A DNA stretch of 64,000 nucleotides from Tubiluchus corallicola (Eukaryota > Animalia > Priapulida), in assembly GCA_030141605.1 (NCBI GenBank), contig JAQGDQ010000460.1:118238-182237 (forward strand), read 5' to 3'. Positions 1 to 12,676 of the stretch are shown here, piece after piece. Positions within the stretch are counted from its first letter, which is position 1. Every line of letters starts with the position of its first letter. The notes below the pieces were generated by a model that saw only the letters and a list, made by a program, of their open reading frames with translations, did no database searches and was not told the origin of the DNA. Both the position numbers and the translations under genes were made by a program.

Positions 1-425
1 ACAAGAACATAACCAAGGCCCTGCTTTCTTGTTCAAACACAACACAAGAACACAACGGGATGCGTATTCTTGCGCAAACATACACAAGGCAACAGATTCC
101 TGCAGAAATAATAACACAAGAGTGTAGCTATAGGGCTACACAAACATAACACAAGCACATACACTTTTCTCTACTAAAACTACATAAAAAGCACACAGGT
201 TCACACATTCCTGGACACACTGCAAGAACATAACCCATGGTCATACATTCCTGTACAAACAGAATATAAGAGGATAGCTCGGATTCCGCATCCCTGCAAA
301 GCATCGGACAGTAATATAGACGTGGCCACACATTCCTACACAAGCTCTTTCAATGCATTTAATTTCTGTTAACGAATAATTACTTTAACTATCATGAAAC
401 AAAACAAAAACAGCAAAATCAGAAC

Positions 426-633
426 CTTGATTACTGAGGCATTGTCCGTGAGAAAGCGACACTGATCTATGTAAACGTCGAATGGCTCCCATGTCGAAGT
501 TGCTTGAGGTATCAAAGTAAGGACTGATTTTAATCTAGGTTCCCATATTGCACCAATACTGGGTCGATTCTCGTTAGTAAGAGGTGAGCTTCTGCCTACA
601 GTGGAATAAGTTGGTTCTTCTTGACTTATTTGC
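426..633 (-). CDS. Internal coding exon (QISQEEP...PFDVYIDQCRFLTDNASVIK); probable downstream exon of the TBC-like gene
   Basis: ttttag| acceptor at 634-635, AAG|GTTCTG donor at 425, 208 nt open; phase-2 start matches the phase-2 end of exon 25524-25412. Confidence 0.6.
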
Positions 634-681
634 CTAAAAATATCAATACAGTAGAGTTCTACAGAAAAATACAGTTCAGCA

Positions 682-1151
682 CAATGGCAGCTCGTGTATA
701 GGTACTGTGGAACTGCAGCACCCCCTATTTCATTCAATATTATCGACAATATTCAATATATGTCTTTTTTCTTTAGTTCTTTCTTTATAGTTGCATGGTT
801 CAGAGCACATGTGGGTAGTACTGTTTGCTTCACAGCCCAGCACAGTGGTGTGTTTGGCTTTGTGCGCAAGCGGCCATGCGCACATGTCTGAAGGCGCTGT
901 ACTTAGGTAGAGAGAGTACAGTCACTCACGCAGTATGTATTGTCAGCTGTCACATTCTTAAAAGCAATGAATTGCGACAATTTAGGCCATTCGTAAGCAA
1001 ACAATGATTTTTGTTTAGGATTTTATCAAGTTTACGCATAAATTTTTGTATGTTTGTTTGTTTAAAAAAATTACAATTTGCAGCTTCAAAATTACATACG
1101 TTTGTTACGTTTTGCACTGTATTAAAACAACGGCTAAAAAGTTTCTGAAGC
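682..1151 (-). mobile_element. Truncated hAT-type MITE, inverted copy of 33290-33794
   Basis: Reverse complement aligns by eye with 33328-33794 including one TIR (caatggcagctcgt ~ cagtggcggctcgt). Confidence 0.75.
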
Positions 1152-2367
1152 TATGAGCTTTTACTGGTTCAGCAGCATAATTATGAGTGTTACAGAACAC
1201 TACAGTACTATAGTGAGATCTATTTCTATATTACAGTACAGTACAGTGCACAATGAAGAGCAGTGTGGTCCATCCATCATTTCTTACACGATTAGATGCA
1301 TTGTAAGGTAGTGAGAGTAAGACATCAGTGGCAAGACATCAACAACATTGTATATATATATATAATCCCTCTATGGTTTAACCACCTACAATCACTGTGT
1401 TGAATAAAACTTCGCAGGGTGAGTATCGAACCCCGGCAGCCGCAAGCCATTCACAGGAAGTAAACGTGTGTTTTCATGCGGACAAAAATAAACTTCTCGG
1501 ATAGAAAACATAACCGCCAAAGATGTCATAGCCAAGTTCGTTTGTTTACAGAAGTAGAGCGTAACGTTAAGAGGTTATAAGATACAACTACCCGTCGTGA
1601 TGACTATTTTCAGAAAATGTAGATATTGTCATCAAATAAAACGAAAAGTGTTACTTATAGAACTGAACTAAATCCGAATTTTAGTGTCCATTTTGTCTAT
1701 AGTAATAACAGCATTTCTGAACATACACGTATTTGTTTTTTCTCACATAAGACCTACTATCCCGTAGTCAATAAAATAGTTAACTAACTAGATGATGGAG
1801 GTGGAGAAAGGGCGGAAAATTAGAAAACTATGAAGGATGAAATCTCCGAAATTAAGTACTGAAGACGCTGCGGTACCACACCAGTAATTAAAGCCAATTA
1901 CATAGTCACTCAGGAAGGCAAATAGGTGAAGTTAGTACCCCAAAAGAAACTTGCCAAAAGCAGTTATCCTAGCAGTCACGATGTCAATTATTCAAAAAGC
2001 TGAACGCTGTTTAATTTCACTTGCTAGACACGCAGAACATCCACAAAGCTATTTCATCACCCCCCAAATTGAGAATTGGGTTAGCTCTTTCACTTAACAT
2101 AATGAGTTAACACTTCTATTGTGCAAGTACTTCGTCCAAATAAAGCTGTTTAATTACGAGTGATACAAAGCTCTACGTTTCCAACATAAAGAAGCTAACA
2201 AAGCCGGCATCCACAGACAAATAGCCATGCAGGACTAGTGTGAAAGAGGAAAACAAACATTCACAAATAAACAACTAGTACTACTGTTTGCTATGTGTTG
2301 TCACCCAAACACATTGACAGAGTACACATTGCATACAAGTAGCAGAGCAACATAATTTGTTACTTAC

Positions 2368-2640
2368 ATTTGAGCTTATTAATACCAGTTGCACAGAACA
2401 GAATTTTAGCTATGCCATTATGTTATACTTGGCCAATGTTGAGTTTGCAGAGCACCTGCTTACCATTAAGCACAATAACCACACAAATTTACATTCACAA
2501 TTTAAGCATTGTTATGGTCACCGTGCTTAATGGCAAATAGGTGCACTGGAAACTCAACACTGGGTAAGTATAATAGAATGGTACTGCTAAAATTCTACTC
2601 AGAGCAACTTTAAGCTTCTTTCCATTAAGCTTAAATATAA
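2368..2640. repeat. Imperfect foldback/inverted repeat (degenerate MITE) upstream of GPCR G1
   Basis: gttgagtttgcagagcacctgcttaccattaagcac pairs with gtgcttaatggcaaataggtgcactggaaactcaac; outer arms also pair. Confidence 0.6.
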
Positions 2641-2824
2641 GCAATAACTTGTAAACTTTTCACGTATTGACACTTAAATGGCAGATGAAAATGGGGTATT
2701 TAGAAGTGAAAATAAAGTTTGTGACTTTGTGACATTTTAGAGCACAATACTCGAGAGAGTTACTCAGCTGCTCATGATAAGCGACTGGTGCACAGCCAAA
2801 CAAGGAACATACCTAGAATGCAAA

Positions 2825-3649
2825 ATGTTTAATTTTACAGTAAATGTGACAGATTCGACAGAGCAAAAAAGCTTGCAAATTGTTTTATACTTGTATGTGT
2901 TTACTGCTGTGGCTATAATTACTGGCAACGTGTTAGTTCTAGTCGCAGTTTATAAGTACACACAGCTGCAGACGAAAACGAATGCACTGATCGTGTCTCT
3001 AGCTGTGACAGACTTACTAGTCGGAATATTGGTGCTTTCAGAAACAATCCATTCTAGACTATCTTATTCATTTTTAAGTCAATCTATTCTAGTGCTATTG
3101 ACAAGTGTGAGCATAATACATCTATGTGTTATAGCTGCAGAAAGATATCTGGCCGTTTTACAGCCCTATAAGTATAATAACTACATTACAAAGAAGACAA
3201 TGACAGCTTGTATTTGTGTCGTTTGGTTTCTTGGATTTACTACAGCCTGCCTGCTTCAAGTACTAGAAATTACTGGAAGACCTGATTTAAAAACAGCGGT
3301 GGATAGAGTGCTATTCTTTTATTTGCCTATAATCACACTCTTAGTATTATGTGCATCAATATGGAAGGCTGCACGAAGGCAAGTGTTGAGAATTCATCAA
3401 GAAAATCCACAGACTAGTGTAAACGTGGCAGAAATGAAAGCAACAAAGATGTTACTTGTGGCCACTGTTGTATTTTTTATTTGTTGGGGGCCTTATTTCG
3501 CCATTAGAAAATCGTATTCTGAGGAAAATAGTCTAAACATCTTTTCGCTATCGTTTGGATTTTCCAACAGTTTTGCTAATCCAATAGTCTATGCCGTAAT
3601 GAATAGCAAGTTTAGAGCAGCTTTCAAGAAAATCTGTTTGTGCAAGTAA
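2825..3649 (+). CDS. Intronless class A GPCR G1 (orphan, putative chemosensory-type)
   Basis: GN(TM1), LAVTD(TM2), AAERY(TM3), W(TM4), FYLP(TM5), CWGP(TM6), NPIVY(TM7), helix 8 FRAAFKKICLCK; start at 2825 chosen by alignment with paralog N-termini (ORF opens at 2774). Confidence 0.92.
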   Translation: MFNFTVNVTDSTEQKSLQIVLYLYVFTAVAIITGNVLVLVAVYKYTQLQTKTNALIVSLAVTDLLVGILVLSETIHSRLSYSFLSQSILVLLTSVSIIHLCVIAAERYLAVLQPYKYNNYITKKTMTACICVVWFLGFTTACLLQVLEITGRPDLKTAVDRVLFFYLPIITLLVLCASIWKAARRQVLRIHQENPQTSVNVAEMKATKMLLVATVVFFICWGPYFAIRKSYSEENSLNIFSLSFGFSNSFANPIVYAVMNSKFRAAFKKICLCK

Positions 3650-6451
3650 GAGCCAACTGGCAGAATATGTGAATAGTACATTGATCAACAAAACATTCAT
3701 ATGTGGTTCATGAGGTGTAAAAGAGAAAAATGTTTTAGAAACAGCGCTTGTAATAAAATAGAATAACTGTGATTAAAGAAAAAATGGTTAGTTGCAGCAC
3801 AAAGTCCTACTGCGTACTTTCTATAGAGAAAATGTGGAAAAACCTCTTGCAGAATTTTGTTTCACTCCATTTTAAGACAATTGAGCTCTATGACTTTTCC
3901 ACTTTCTGTTATTAAGCAGGTAATAATAAATAAAGAAAATAAAAAAGAGCAAACACACAGTGCAAATGTTCATCTGATTTTACTCCACGCTTAAAGAAAA
4001 ACAAAAGGTCAAAGTGCTACCAGCATATTTAATACACAATTAAAATATTAAAATTGCCACACAATGCAAACGAATAAACAGACTTTCTTGAAAAAAAATA
4101 ACGATTTTGTGTGGGTTTTATTTTGACAAACAAACAAAGGCATCAAGTACTGCTTAGTAAATATTTTATTGTTTGCGCACCATCATCACAGCACATGCCC
4201 CTTCGTCATTTTACTTTATATTTGACATGCATTGAGACGCCATTTCCCAAAATTATACATTTTATCTGGAATGAAATGCAAATTCTTTTAATAAACTAAT
4301 TGATTTCTTATCAAAATGTTAATTTTCGATTAAGTGAAATTAATCCGAGACTTTCAGTGAATAACCAAATAAATTTAAACAAAATATACATACATCTTTG
4401 GCATCAAATCGTGAGTCACAGAGAATTTGTCAACGCGTCATCACTGCTTTGAACACATTGAAACTTGAATGACAGGTATTTAAAACTAGGTCGCTAATAT
4501 TGAAGCCAGATGTCACCACCTTACAAGTAAGAACAGGTAAGTTAACTTAATCTTATCAAAACGCACATTTAACTATTATTAGTTATATTGTAAGAATAAA
4601 CTATTTTGGTTATTTAACAAACAAAAATCCTTTACAGATTTTTATCACCATCAAACAAATAGGACTGAAGATCTTGCCATACGGTAGCCAAGTTCGCATG
4701 TTTCTATAAACATTCATTGGTAAATCAATTTACAATGCATTGCACATCCCCAAACATTTACAAATTTAATTATTTGTAAAAGAAATTGTTATGCCATTGC
4801 GTTATAGACAGTGCAATTTTCTTCTACTGATCTTGATTTGCTCAAAAATAAGAGGGCCAATAAGAGGTCCAAATGATCACGAATTTAAAGTGATTAATTC
4901 TAATCACTAATTACACAAGATGCTTATTGCACATTTATTACCAGAAATTGCTAGCATTTTTGCCAAACGAATGCAACTCTTCTTTGCATGGAGCGTTGAC
5001 CTTATTGCACATTGGACAAAAGTGGAAGCACACTATCTTGTGTGCTATGTGAAATTTGCTCAACACAAGTACTTTTATATTAAATGAAGTGGATACAAAA
5101 TACCCGTTTAACTTGTTGACCAAAAGTTTCTTTATTCTGAAATGCAATTATTAACATTTAGTTTAATTCGCATTGAGTAGAAGAAAATTTGTTGCATGAT
5201 TAAATGTATTAAGAACTAAGAACTATGTACTATAACTAAGAACTGTAAACTATATTGAAATTAATTAATAATAACGTAGGTTGTTAGAGCCTTTAACAGT
5301 TACAAAGACAGGAATGAGAACTCCAAGTAGCCTCAAGAACAACAATGTCACAATAATAAATTCGTAAGAAATTCACAGTCATAATGCCTAAGAAAAATAG
5401 AGCAATGACAGAGAGAACCAAAAGACTGGCAAAACATCATACAACTACTACAGCTATAGCTCACGAAATTCCAAAATGCTAACGTATTGAAGGATATTAG
5501 GTGCTTCAATTTTAAAAGAGTGACTACTGTAAAAAGCTAAATACTTACTAAATGAACAAACAGGTGGCAGCACCGTGGCAGTAATTGAAACCTAAATTAA
5601 AACCAAAAAAGGGCCTATGCACCCACTACATTAAACATGACGTCAAGTCTGCTATCAGATAGTGCAAGGCAAGTAATCAGCTACTTCAAGAGTGGTAAAT
5701 AAAGAAATGGAGAAATACATAAATAGTGTAAGGAAGAAGCAGTGTTGCCAGCTTGGGATTTTTAGCTCAATGTTCACTTTTTCTGAGCATGTGAAGTTAA
5801 AAATTTGTGGTTTTGAATGCTAGATTTTCTAGTACATTTTAGCTACCAACACGGATGATTGGACTATTCACTTAGACGAAAACGAAATTATGAATTCACA
5901 TTAATCAGTGAAACATAAAACAATGCATATTTTTGTGGGATTTTGCTTCATATCTGACGTCAGACTTTGGGTCTAGTGTGAAAATACTTACAGACTCGTG
6001 CTCGATTAAAGGCCACCCCCCATTTGAGTCTGTTAAATGTCACTTCATATTTAACATCAGATGAACGAAGGGAAATGCCAAACTACATTAAGAATGCTAA
6101 AGAACAATAAACTGAGTTGAGTGCAGATTTAGACTGCCAGGGTTGAATTTCCTTATTCCAAAGTTTAAATTTAGGACTTTTCAGGCATGGACATGAACGG
6201 TTGAACTTTCAATTTGAATAAAAGGGTATTTTGATGTAAATTCACGTTAATTTGTGCAATACATAATGACCACTCAGCTATTCACCTTGTCCTTAAAACC
6301 ACCTTTACTGAGTTTCCATAAAACCATTTTCTAACTGTGGCTTACATGCGTGGGCCAAATACAGTGAAGAAAATATAAACATGCAGGAATGCGCTCCTAA
6401 TGGCCTCCCACTAATGATGTTTGCTATACATTGTTGTCGCTTAATTGTGCG

Positions 6452-6503
6452 TATAAAAGCTATTAGCTTTCAGTGGTGAGAGCAACAAAGTCAGTTGTCA
6501 GTT
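6452..6503 (+). promoter_or_regulatory. Candidate TATA box plus initiator-like block upstream of G2
   Basis: TATAAAA at 6452 followed by a block ending TCAGTTG, conserved at 15757-15811 upstream of G5. Confidence 0.35.
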
Positions 6504-6795
6504 GGATGACGACAATTTTGCTAGGGATGTTGACTTTGACGCCAAATAAGTGATCCACACAAAAGCATGTGTTCCACACAATTTGATACATTTTTTCTAC
6601 TTTGCTCAACTTGAAACTTGTGACTAGTGAGTAGACTTACAAATTTGGTCTATTCTAAACATTTAAAGAAAGCTGACGAAAATGTAACATTTGCATACTG
6701 AAAGTGCATTTAGTGTTTTTATATCAACGATATAAAGGATATTCAGGATACACTACTCAGTTGCTGTCAAAAGAGGCACAATAATTTCAAGCACA

Positions 6796-7647
6796 ATGGT
6801 TAATTTTACAGCAAATATGACACAGCAAGGAGAGCCAAAACAGCTGCGAACTACACAACTTTTTTTTATGTACTTGTATCTATTTACTGCTCTGGCCATA
6901 ATTTGTGGCAATATGTTAGTTTTAGTAGCAGTTTATAAGTACACACAGTTCCAGACAAAAACGAATACGCTGATCGTGTCGCTAGCCGTGGCAGACTTAT
7001 TAGTCGGACTAATGCTGCCTTCAGAAATTGCTCGTTTGAGAAAAGGAAATGCAATTTTAATTCGAGTAGGTCAGTTCATTATGGTGTCTTTGACAAATGT
7101 GAGCATAATACATCTATCTGTTATAGCTGCTGAAAGGTATCTGGCTGTTTTACATCCTTATAAATATAACAGCTACATTACAGGAAAGACCATAGCTGGC
7201 TTAATTTGTGCTACCTGGTTTCTTGGGTTTGCTGCAGCCGGTCTAGTGGAAATACTATGCCTGATTGAAGATACTTGTTTTGCAGCAGTTCTTGTGACTA
7301 GAATTCTAGTCTTTTATTTGTCAATAATCATACTGTCCATACTATACACAATAATATGGAAGGCTGCACGGAGGCAAGTGTTGAGAATTCATCAAGAAAA
7401 TCCACAGACTAGTGTAAAGGTGGCAGAAATGAAAGCAACAAAGATGTTACTTGTGACCACTGTTGTATTCTTCATTTGCTGGGGACCTGTTTTCATAATT
7501 GCAAAAATAGATCCTTTTAAAAATGACCATTATACTTTACTCAGGCTTTGGTTTGGTTTCTCCAACAGTTTTGCCAATCCAATCATCTATGCCATAATGA
7601 ACAACAAGTTTAGAGCAGCTTTCAAGAAAATCTGTTTGTGTAAATGA
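6796..7647 (+). CDS. Intronless class A GPCR G2
   Basis: 283 aa, 7TM motifs ERY, CWGP, NPIIY; the TM5 proline is Ser in this copy. Confidence 0.93.
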   Translation: MVNFTANMTQQGEPKQLRTTQLFFMYLYLFTALAIICGNMLVLVAVYKYTQFQTKTNTLIVSLAVADLLVGLMLPSEIARLRKGNAILIRVGQFIMVSLTNVSIIHLSVIAAERYLAVLHPYKYNSYITGKTIAGLICATWFLGFAAAGLVEILCLIEDTCFAAVLVTRILVFYLSIIILSILYTIIWKAARRQVLRIHQENPQTSVKVAEMKATKMLLVTTVVFFICWGPVFIIAKIDPFKNDHYTLLRLWFGFSNSFANPIIYAIMNNKFRAAFKKICLCK

Positions 7648-7754
7648 AGGCAAAGTTGAAATACATACCAATTAGTGAGTACTGTGTTGATGAATAAGGC
7701 ATCGCGGGTACGAAAAAACTAAAATAAATTTAAAGGTTTTTGAACAAAACATCA

Positions 7755-8240
7755 ATGCTATTGACAAATGTGAGCATAATACATCTGTGTGTTATAGCTG
7801 CAGAAAGATATCTGGCTGTTTTACATCCGTATAAGTACAATAACTGCAATACAAAGAAGACAATGACAGGTTGTATTTGTGTCGTTTGGTTTCTTGGGTT
7901 TACTACAGCCTGTCTGCTTCAAGCACAAGAAATTTCTGGACAACCTGATTCAAAAATAGTAGTGGATAAAGTGCGATTCTTTTATTTGCCTATAATCATA
8001 TTGTCAATATTATATGCATCAATATGGAAGGCTGCATGGAGGCAAGTGTTGAGAATTCATCAAGAAAATCCACAGACTAATGTAAAGGTGGCAGAAATGA
8101 AAGCAACAAAAATGTTTCGTGTGACAACTATTGTATTCTTCATTTACTGGGGGCCTACTTTCATAATTAGTAACATATTAAGAGGAAAATGGTCTGGCGT
8201 TGGTTTGGATTCTCCAACAGTTTTGCAAATCCAGTGATCT
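7755..8240 (+). pseudogene. 5'-truncated GPCR fragment (TM3-TM7) with frameshift
   Basis: Begins at LLTNVSIIHLCVIAAERY about 100 nt after the G2 stop; frameshift in ECL3; ends at NPVI. Confidence 0.88.
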
Positions 8241-8731
8241 GCCTGTTTTACATCACTATAACATCTATAAAATCTAGCAGCTACGTCACAGGAAAAATCA
8301 TTTGCACTTCTTGGTTTCTTGGGTTTGCTGCAGCCTGTCCAATTAAAGCACTATACGTGACCAAAGGATTTCAGATCTACTGCCTAGAATTCTATTCTTT
8401 TATCCACATATAATCATACTGTCGGTATTATACGCATTGGCATGGAAAGGCTGCTGCGCATCAACATGGAGTCAAGTGTTAAGAATTCATCAAGAAAATC
8501 CACACAAGTGGCTGAAATGAAAGAAATGAAAGATGTTACTTATGACCACTATTGTATTCTTTATTTGCTGGGGCCTGCTTTCATCAGTGCACAACCAGAT
8601 CCTGTGAAAAGTGATAAATGTAATTTATTTGAGGGTTTGATTTGGATTCTCGAATACTTTTGCCAATCCAGTCATATGTGCCACAGTGAACAACAAGTTT
8701 AGAACAGCCTACAAGAAAGCCTGCTTGCAAG
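8241..8731 (+). pseudogene. Second degraded GPCR fragment (ICL2 to C-terminus) fused to the previous one
   Basis: Recognisable ITGK, WFLGFAAAC, caagtgttaagaattcatcaagaaaatccaca, tgctggggg, aacaacaagtttagaacagc with several indels. Confidence 0.85.
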
Positions 8732-9819
8732 GGCCTACGATATAATAATATACACCCAGGAAATGTGGTACATTTGAATACCCCTCGTCAGCAATAAACA
8801 ATCTTGAAATTTTGAAGTCACATCAAAAATCGAGCTTAGTCATGAGATCGTGAATGCTACTTCATATCGTTTCGAAAGTGATGGAGCGCTTCGTATGCCT
8901 TGAAATTTTCTTATTAGTCATCTAGCACGATACAGTTATAAAGTGCAGAACAGTTGTACAGTAAAGTACAGTTTATACTTTTGCAGTGGAGTACATCGCA
9001 AAGTAGTACAATAATGCCCCGACCATTTTCTTCATCTCAGTTCCTAAATGTTAACAATCATCATTCCCAGAAGTCACTGTTTTTCAACATTTTACATTTA
9101 CCATATTTAAAAACACCTTCGAATAGTAATTAAGAAATGCATATATTAAATATATTAAACATTTTATATTAAAATAATATGTTTCTTTTTTGCATTGAAT
9201 TAACTGTTCTTTTTATTCTACTCAGTATTGGGGACACTTGGCTTAACTTCATGAGTAAACTTACGAATATATCGTATATTCTTACCTATATTTGTAACGA
9301 GGCTGTTTAAACGTTTAAACACCAGTATTAAAGGAAGTAGCGATATCACTATCTTTGTTTACCATAGGTTGACCTACGTCTAAAGACAGTTTACATCATT
9401 TTTTCCAAAATTTGTTTCCTATTATGTATTTTACTGTTTGTTATTCATTGAATTATTGATAACTTTTTGTTTCTTTTAATGTATTAATTGTGTATTTGTG
9501 TTGATGTGAAATAAATAAACAAATAAATTGTCAACCCAATGGTGATGATCACAAGTGTGACAAAGCTAATATAAATAGTTCTGATTAGATTTTACAGAAG
9601 AACATCCAATTTGGACTTTATTGAGCAAGCATACTTGAAACTGTTCCGTGTCATAATGCTAGCTGATGGCAGTTTATAAAAGTACATATGACTGTGGACG
9701 AGAATGAATGCAATGATCATGCTGTGAGTTGTGGCAGATTTATAGTGCTGCTTTTACAAGTAGTTCATTTGAGACGCGCTAATGTAAATAAAGTAGTAAA
9801 TTACTCATGTCACTTTTGA

Positions 9820-10030
9820 TGTAAACATCAGCATAATACAACTATGTGTCATAGATGTTGAAAGCAATCCGTCTGTTGTACGTACAAATGAGTAGAATAG
9901 CTTTATCACTGGGAAGACTATGGCCCGTTTTATTTGTGCTGCTTGATTTGTTGGGTCTGCTGCAGTCTGCCTAATTGCATTACAACTAACTAAAAGAATT
10001 CATTTAGCATTACTAGTGGATAAAATATTC
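9820..10030 (+). pseudogene. Highly decayed GPCR relic (TM3-TM4-ECL2)
   Basis: agcataatacaactatgtgtcatag, atcactgggaagactatggc, atttgtgctgcttgatttgttggg, ctagtggataaaat resemble paralog coding sequence. Confidence 0.65.
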
Positions 10031-10477
10031 TTGACTCCATGACTAATGTGACAAAGTATAAACATACGCTGATACACTGCAGGCAATGATATTTACCATA
10101 CATTATCACATTGTATAGAGAGCTTTTAGGTAACAAAGCCACAGAGCTAATAACAAAGCTAACAAAAATGTTAATATTATTCTGATGTGATGGTAAATAA
10201 GATATGCAAACACAGCCCTGGCTTCAAAAAACACAGCAGTGTAATACAAAATTCTGATCTGTACAATTCAAAACTACCACCAATTGGCTCAAATGGAAAG
10301 TAATGGATACCTGTATGCTTACGTCAATACAAACATTTGAAAAGCGACAGATGAAAGTGTAGTTTTTATGTAGTGAACAAACGCCAAGCTCTCTATTCCA
10401 AGTTTGTACAGCAGCAAGTTATCCAGAAATAAGCTGCTGGTGCAATATCAAATTGAACACTAATGTTTAGAACCACA

Positions 10478-11323
10478 ATGGACAATTTTACAGCAAATGT
10501 GACAGAGCCGGCACAGCAGAAAAACTTGCAAATTCTACAAATCGTTTTATACTTATATCTGTTTACTGCTGTGGCTATAATTGCCGGCAACACATTAGTT
10601 CTGGTTGCAGTTTATAAGTACATACAGCTGCAGACAAAAATGAATGCACTGATCGTGTCTCTAGCCGTTTCGGATTTAGTGGTTGGACTAATGCTGCCTT
10701 CAAAAATAGTCAATTCTAGACTATCTAATGCAATGTTAAGTCAAGTAAATGCATTTATTCTAGTGCTATTGACAGGTGTGAGCATAATACATCTATGTGT
10801 TATAGCTGCAGAAAGATATCTGGCTGTTCTACATCCCTATAAATACAATAACTATATTACAAAGAAGACAATGGCAGGTTGTATTTGCGTGGTTTGGTTT
10901 TTTGGATTCGTTACAACCTGTCTGCCTCAAGCAATGGAAATTTCTGGACAGCCTGCTTCATGGATAGAACTAATGGATAGAATATGGTTTTTCTATTTAC
11001 CTATAATCATAATCACAATATTATATGCAAAAATTTGGAAGGCTGCACGGAAGCAAGTGTTGAGAATTCATCAAGAAAATCCACAGGCTAGTGTAAAGGT
11101 GGCAGAAATGAAAGCAACACACATGTTATTTGTGACCACTATTGTATTCTTCGTTTGCTGGGGGCCTTTTTTCATAATTGGCAAATCGTATTCTGGGAAA
11201 AATCATCTAGACATGTACTGGTTTTGGTTTGGATATTGCAACAGTTTTGCCAATCCAATCATCTATGCCCTAATGAATAACAAGTTTAGAGCAGCTTTCA
11301 AGAAAATCTGTTTGTGCAAATAA
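10478..11323 (+). CDS. Intronless class A GPCR G3
   Basis: MDNFTANVT start matches paralogs (ORF opens at 10463); all 7TM motifs intact. Confidence 0.93.
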   Translation: MDNFTANVTEPAQQKNLQILQIVLYLYLFTAVAIIAGNTLVLVAVYKYIQLQTKMNALIVSLAVSDLVVGLMLPSKIVNSRLSNAMLSQVNAFILVLLTGVSIIHLCVIAAERYLAVLHPYKYNNYITKKTMAGCICVVWFFGFVTTCLPQAMEISGQPASWIELMDRIWFFYLPIIIITILYAKIWKAARKQVLRIHQENPQASVKVAEMKATHMLFVTTIVFFVCWGPFFIIGKSYSGKNHLDMYWFWFGYCNSFANPIIYALMNNKFRAAFKKICLCK

Positions 11324-12676
11324 AGGCGAAGTTGACATGTATGCAAATTAGTGAGTAGTGTGTTGGTGAATAAGAAATCATGTCTGCGAAAAAACTGAAA
11401 CACATATAAAGTGTCTTGAATGAATTACCATCAATGGAAAACATTAAATAACATTTCAAGCAGCAGGCAACATTTGTAACAAGAAGTCAACTACAGCACG
11501 TCAGCCTGCTGTGAATTTAAATTCAGAACGATATGCCCACAGGAGTGAAGATTGGTAAAATAAGAGCACAGGAATTTTGAAATTACAATATCAGATTAAA
11601 AATGCGAGCTCCATCACTCTATTCATAGTATGTTCTAGTACAGTCTTGTGGTGGCACTCAATACAATGGCACTGAGTGATTAGTGGTGAGGTGAACGGCC
11701 AAGATGAAATGGTATGTGCTTTGCGACTGAATTTAAGCAAGCCGAGCATGGTATGTAAATGGTTCTTGACCACCTGGGTTCAATACTTACTCTCAGCAAT
11801 TTCATCGGCCATAATGATTCTCGTTGTTATCTGGTTCGGAAAGATGTGCATGATACTACATGGCAGATGAAGCGCCCCAAAACAGTTTTCATGGTAGTCA
11901 CCGCTCAATTTAATAACAACTCAGAGTAGCTTAACTTTGTTTACTAAGCACAGTACATCTGTTCCCTTTGCCACCAAGTCATCTTTATTGAGCTAACACC
12001 TTCAGTTAACACTTCTCTTGCACAAACATTACATGATCAACAACGTCTTTTGTTTAATCCTGGTGAGAAGCTCTAGGTATCCCATATTTAGACTTGCGTG
12101 ATGGAAAAGTGTGAAAATTCTCACAGACTCGTGTGCTATCTAAATTTTACCTGACAAGAGTCTTTCATGATGAACATGGCATCATATCCACGAGGTGTCA
12201 CATAAGTGCGAGACACTTATTATATCTTGGTTCAAGTGTGATGAAAGTATAATCACAACAGTAAAAGTGCTGCACAGAACAAAGCTGGCAGGTTTGGATT
12301 TTTGCTGCTCTGGAATTTTTGGAGCATGTGTACATCAAAACATTGAGTTTGAACTGCAGGATTTTTAAAGCTTTCTGACACGGAAATTTGGACTATCTAA
12401 TCAAAACAAAAAACCAAACACAAAAACAAAAACAAAAAAACTAAAGCTAAAAAGCGCTTACATGACACTCTGAACATACTATGTGAGACATTTATTCAAC
12501 ATGATTAGATGAAGGTCGCTTGGATAAAAATACACCTTTTCTCCAGTAGAAGAAAACTAGTGAATGCTAACACAAATACTGGCGAAAAAGTACTTTACAC
12601 TTTCAATGTTGAGTCAGTGGTATACAGGATAAGTGACTAATTCACCATCAAATAAAATACTTAGCTTGAATGTACA

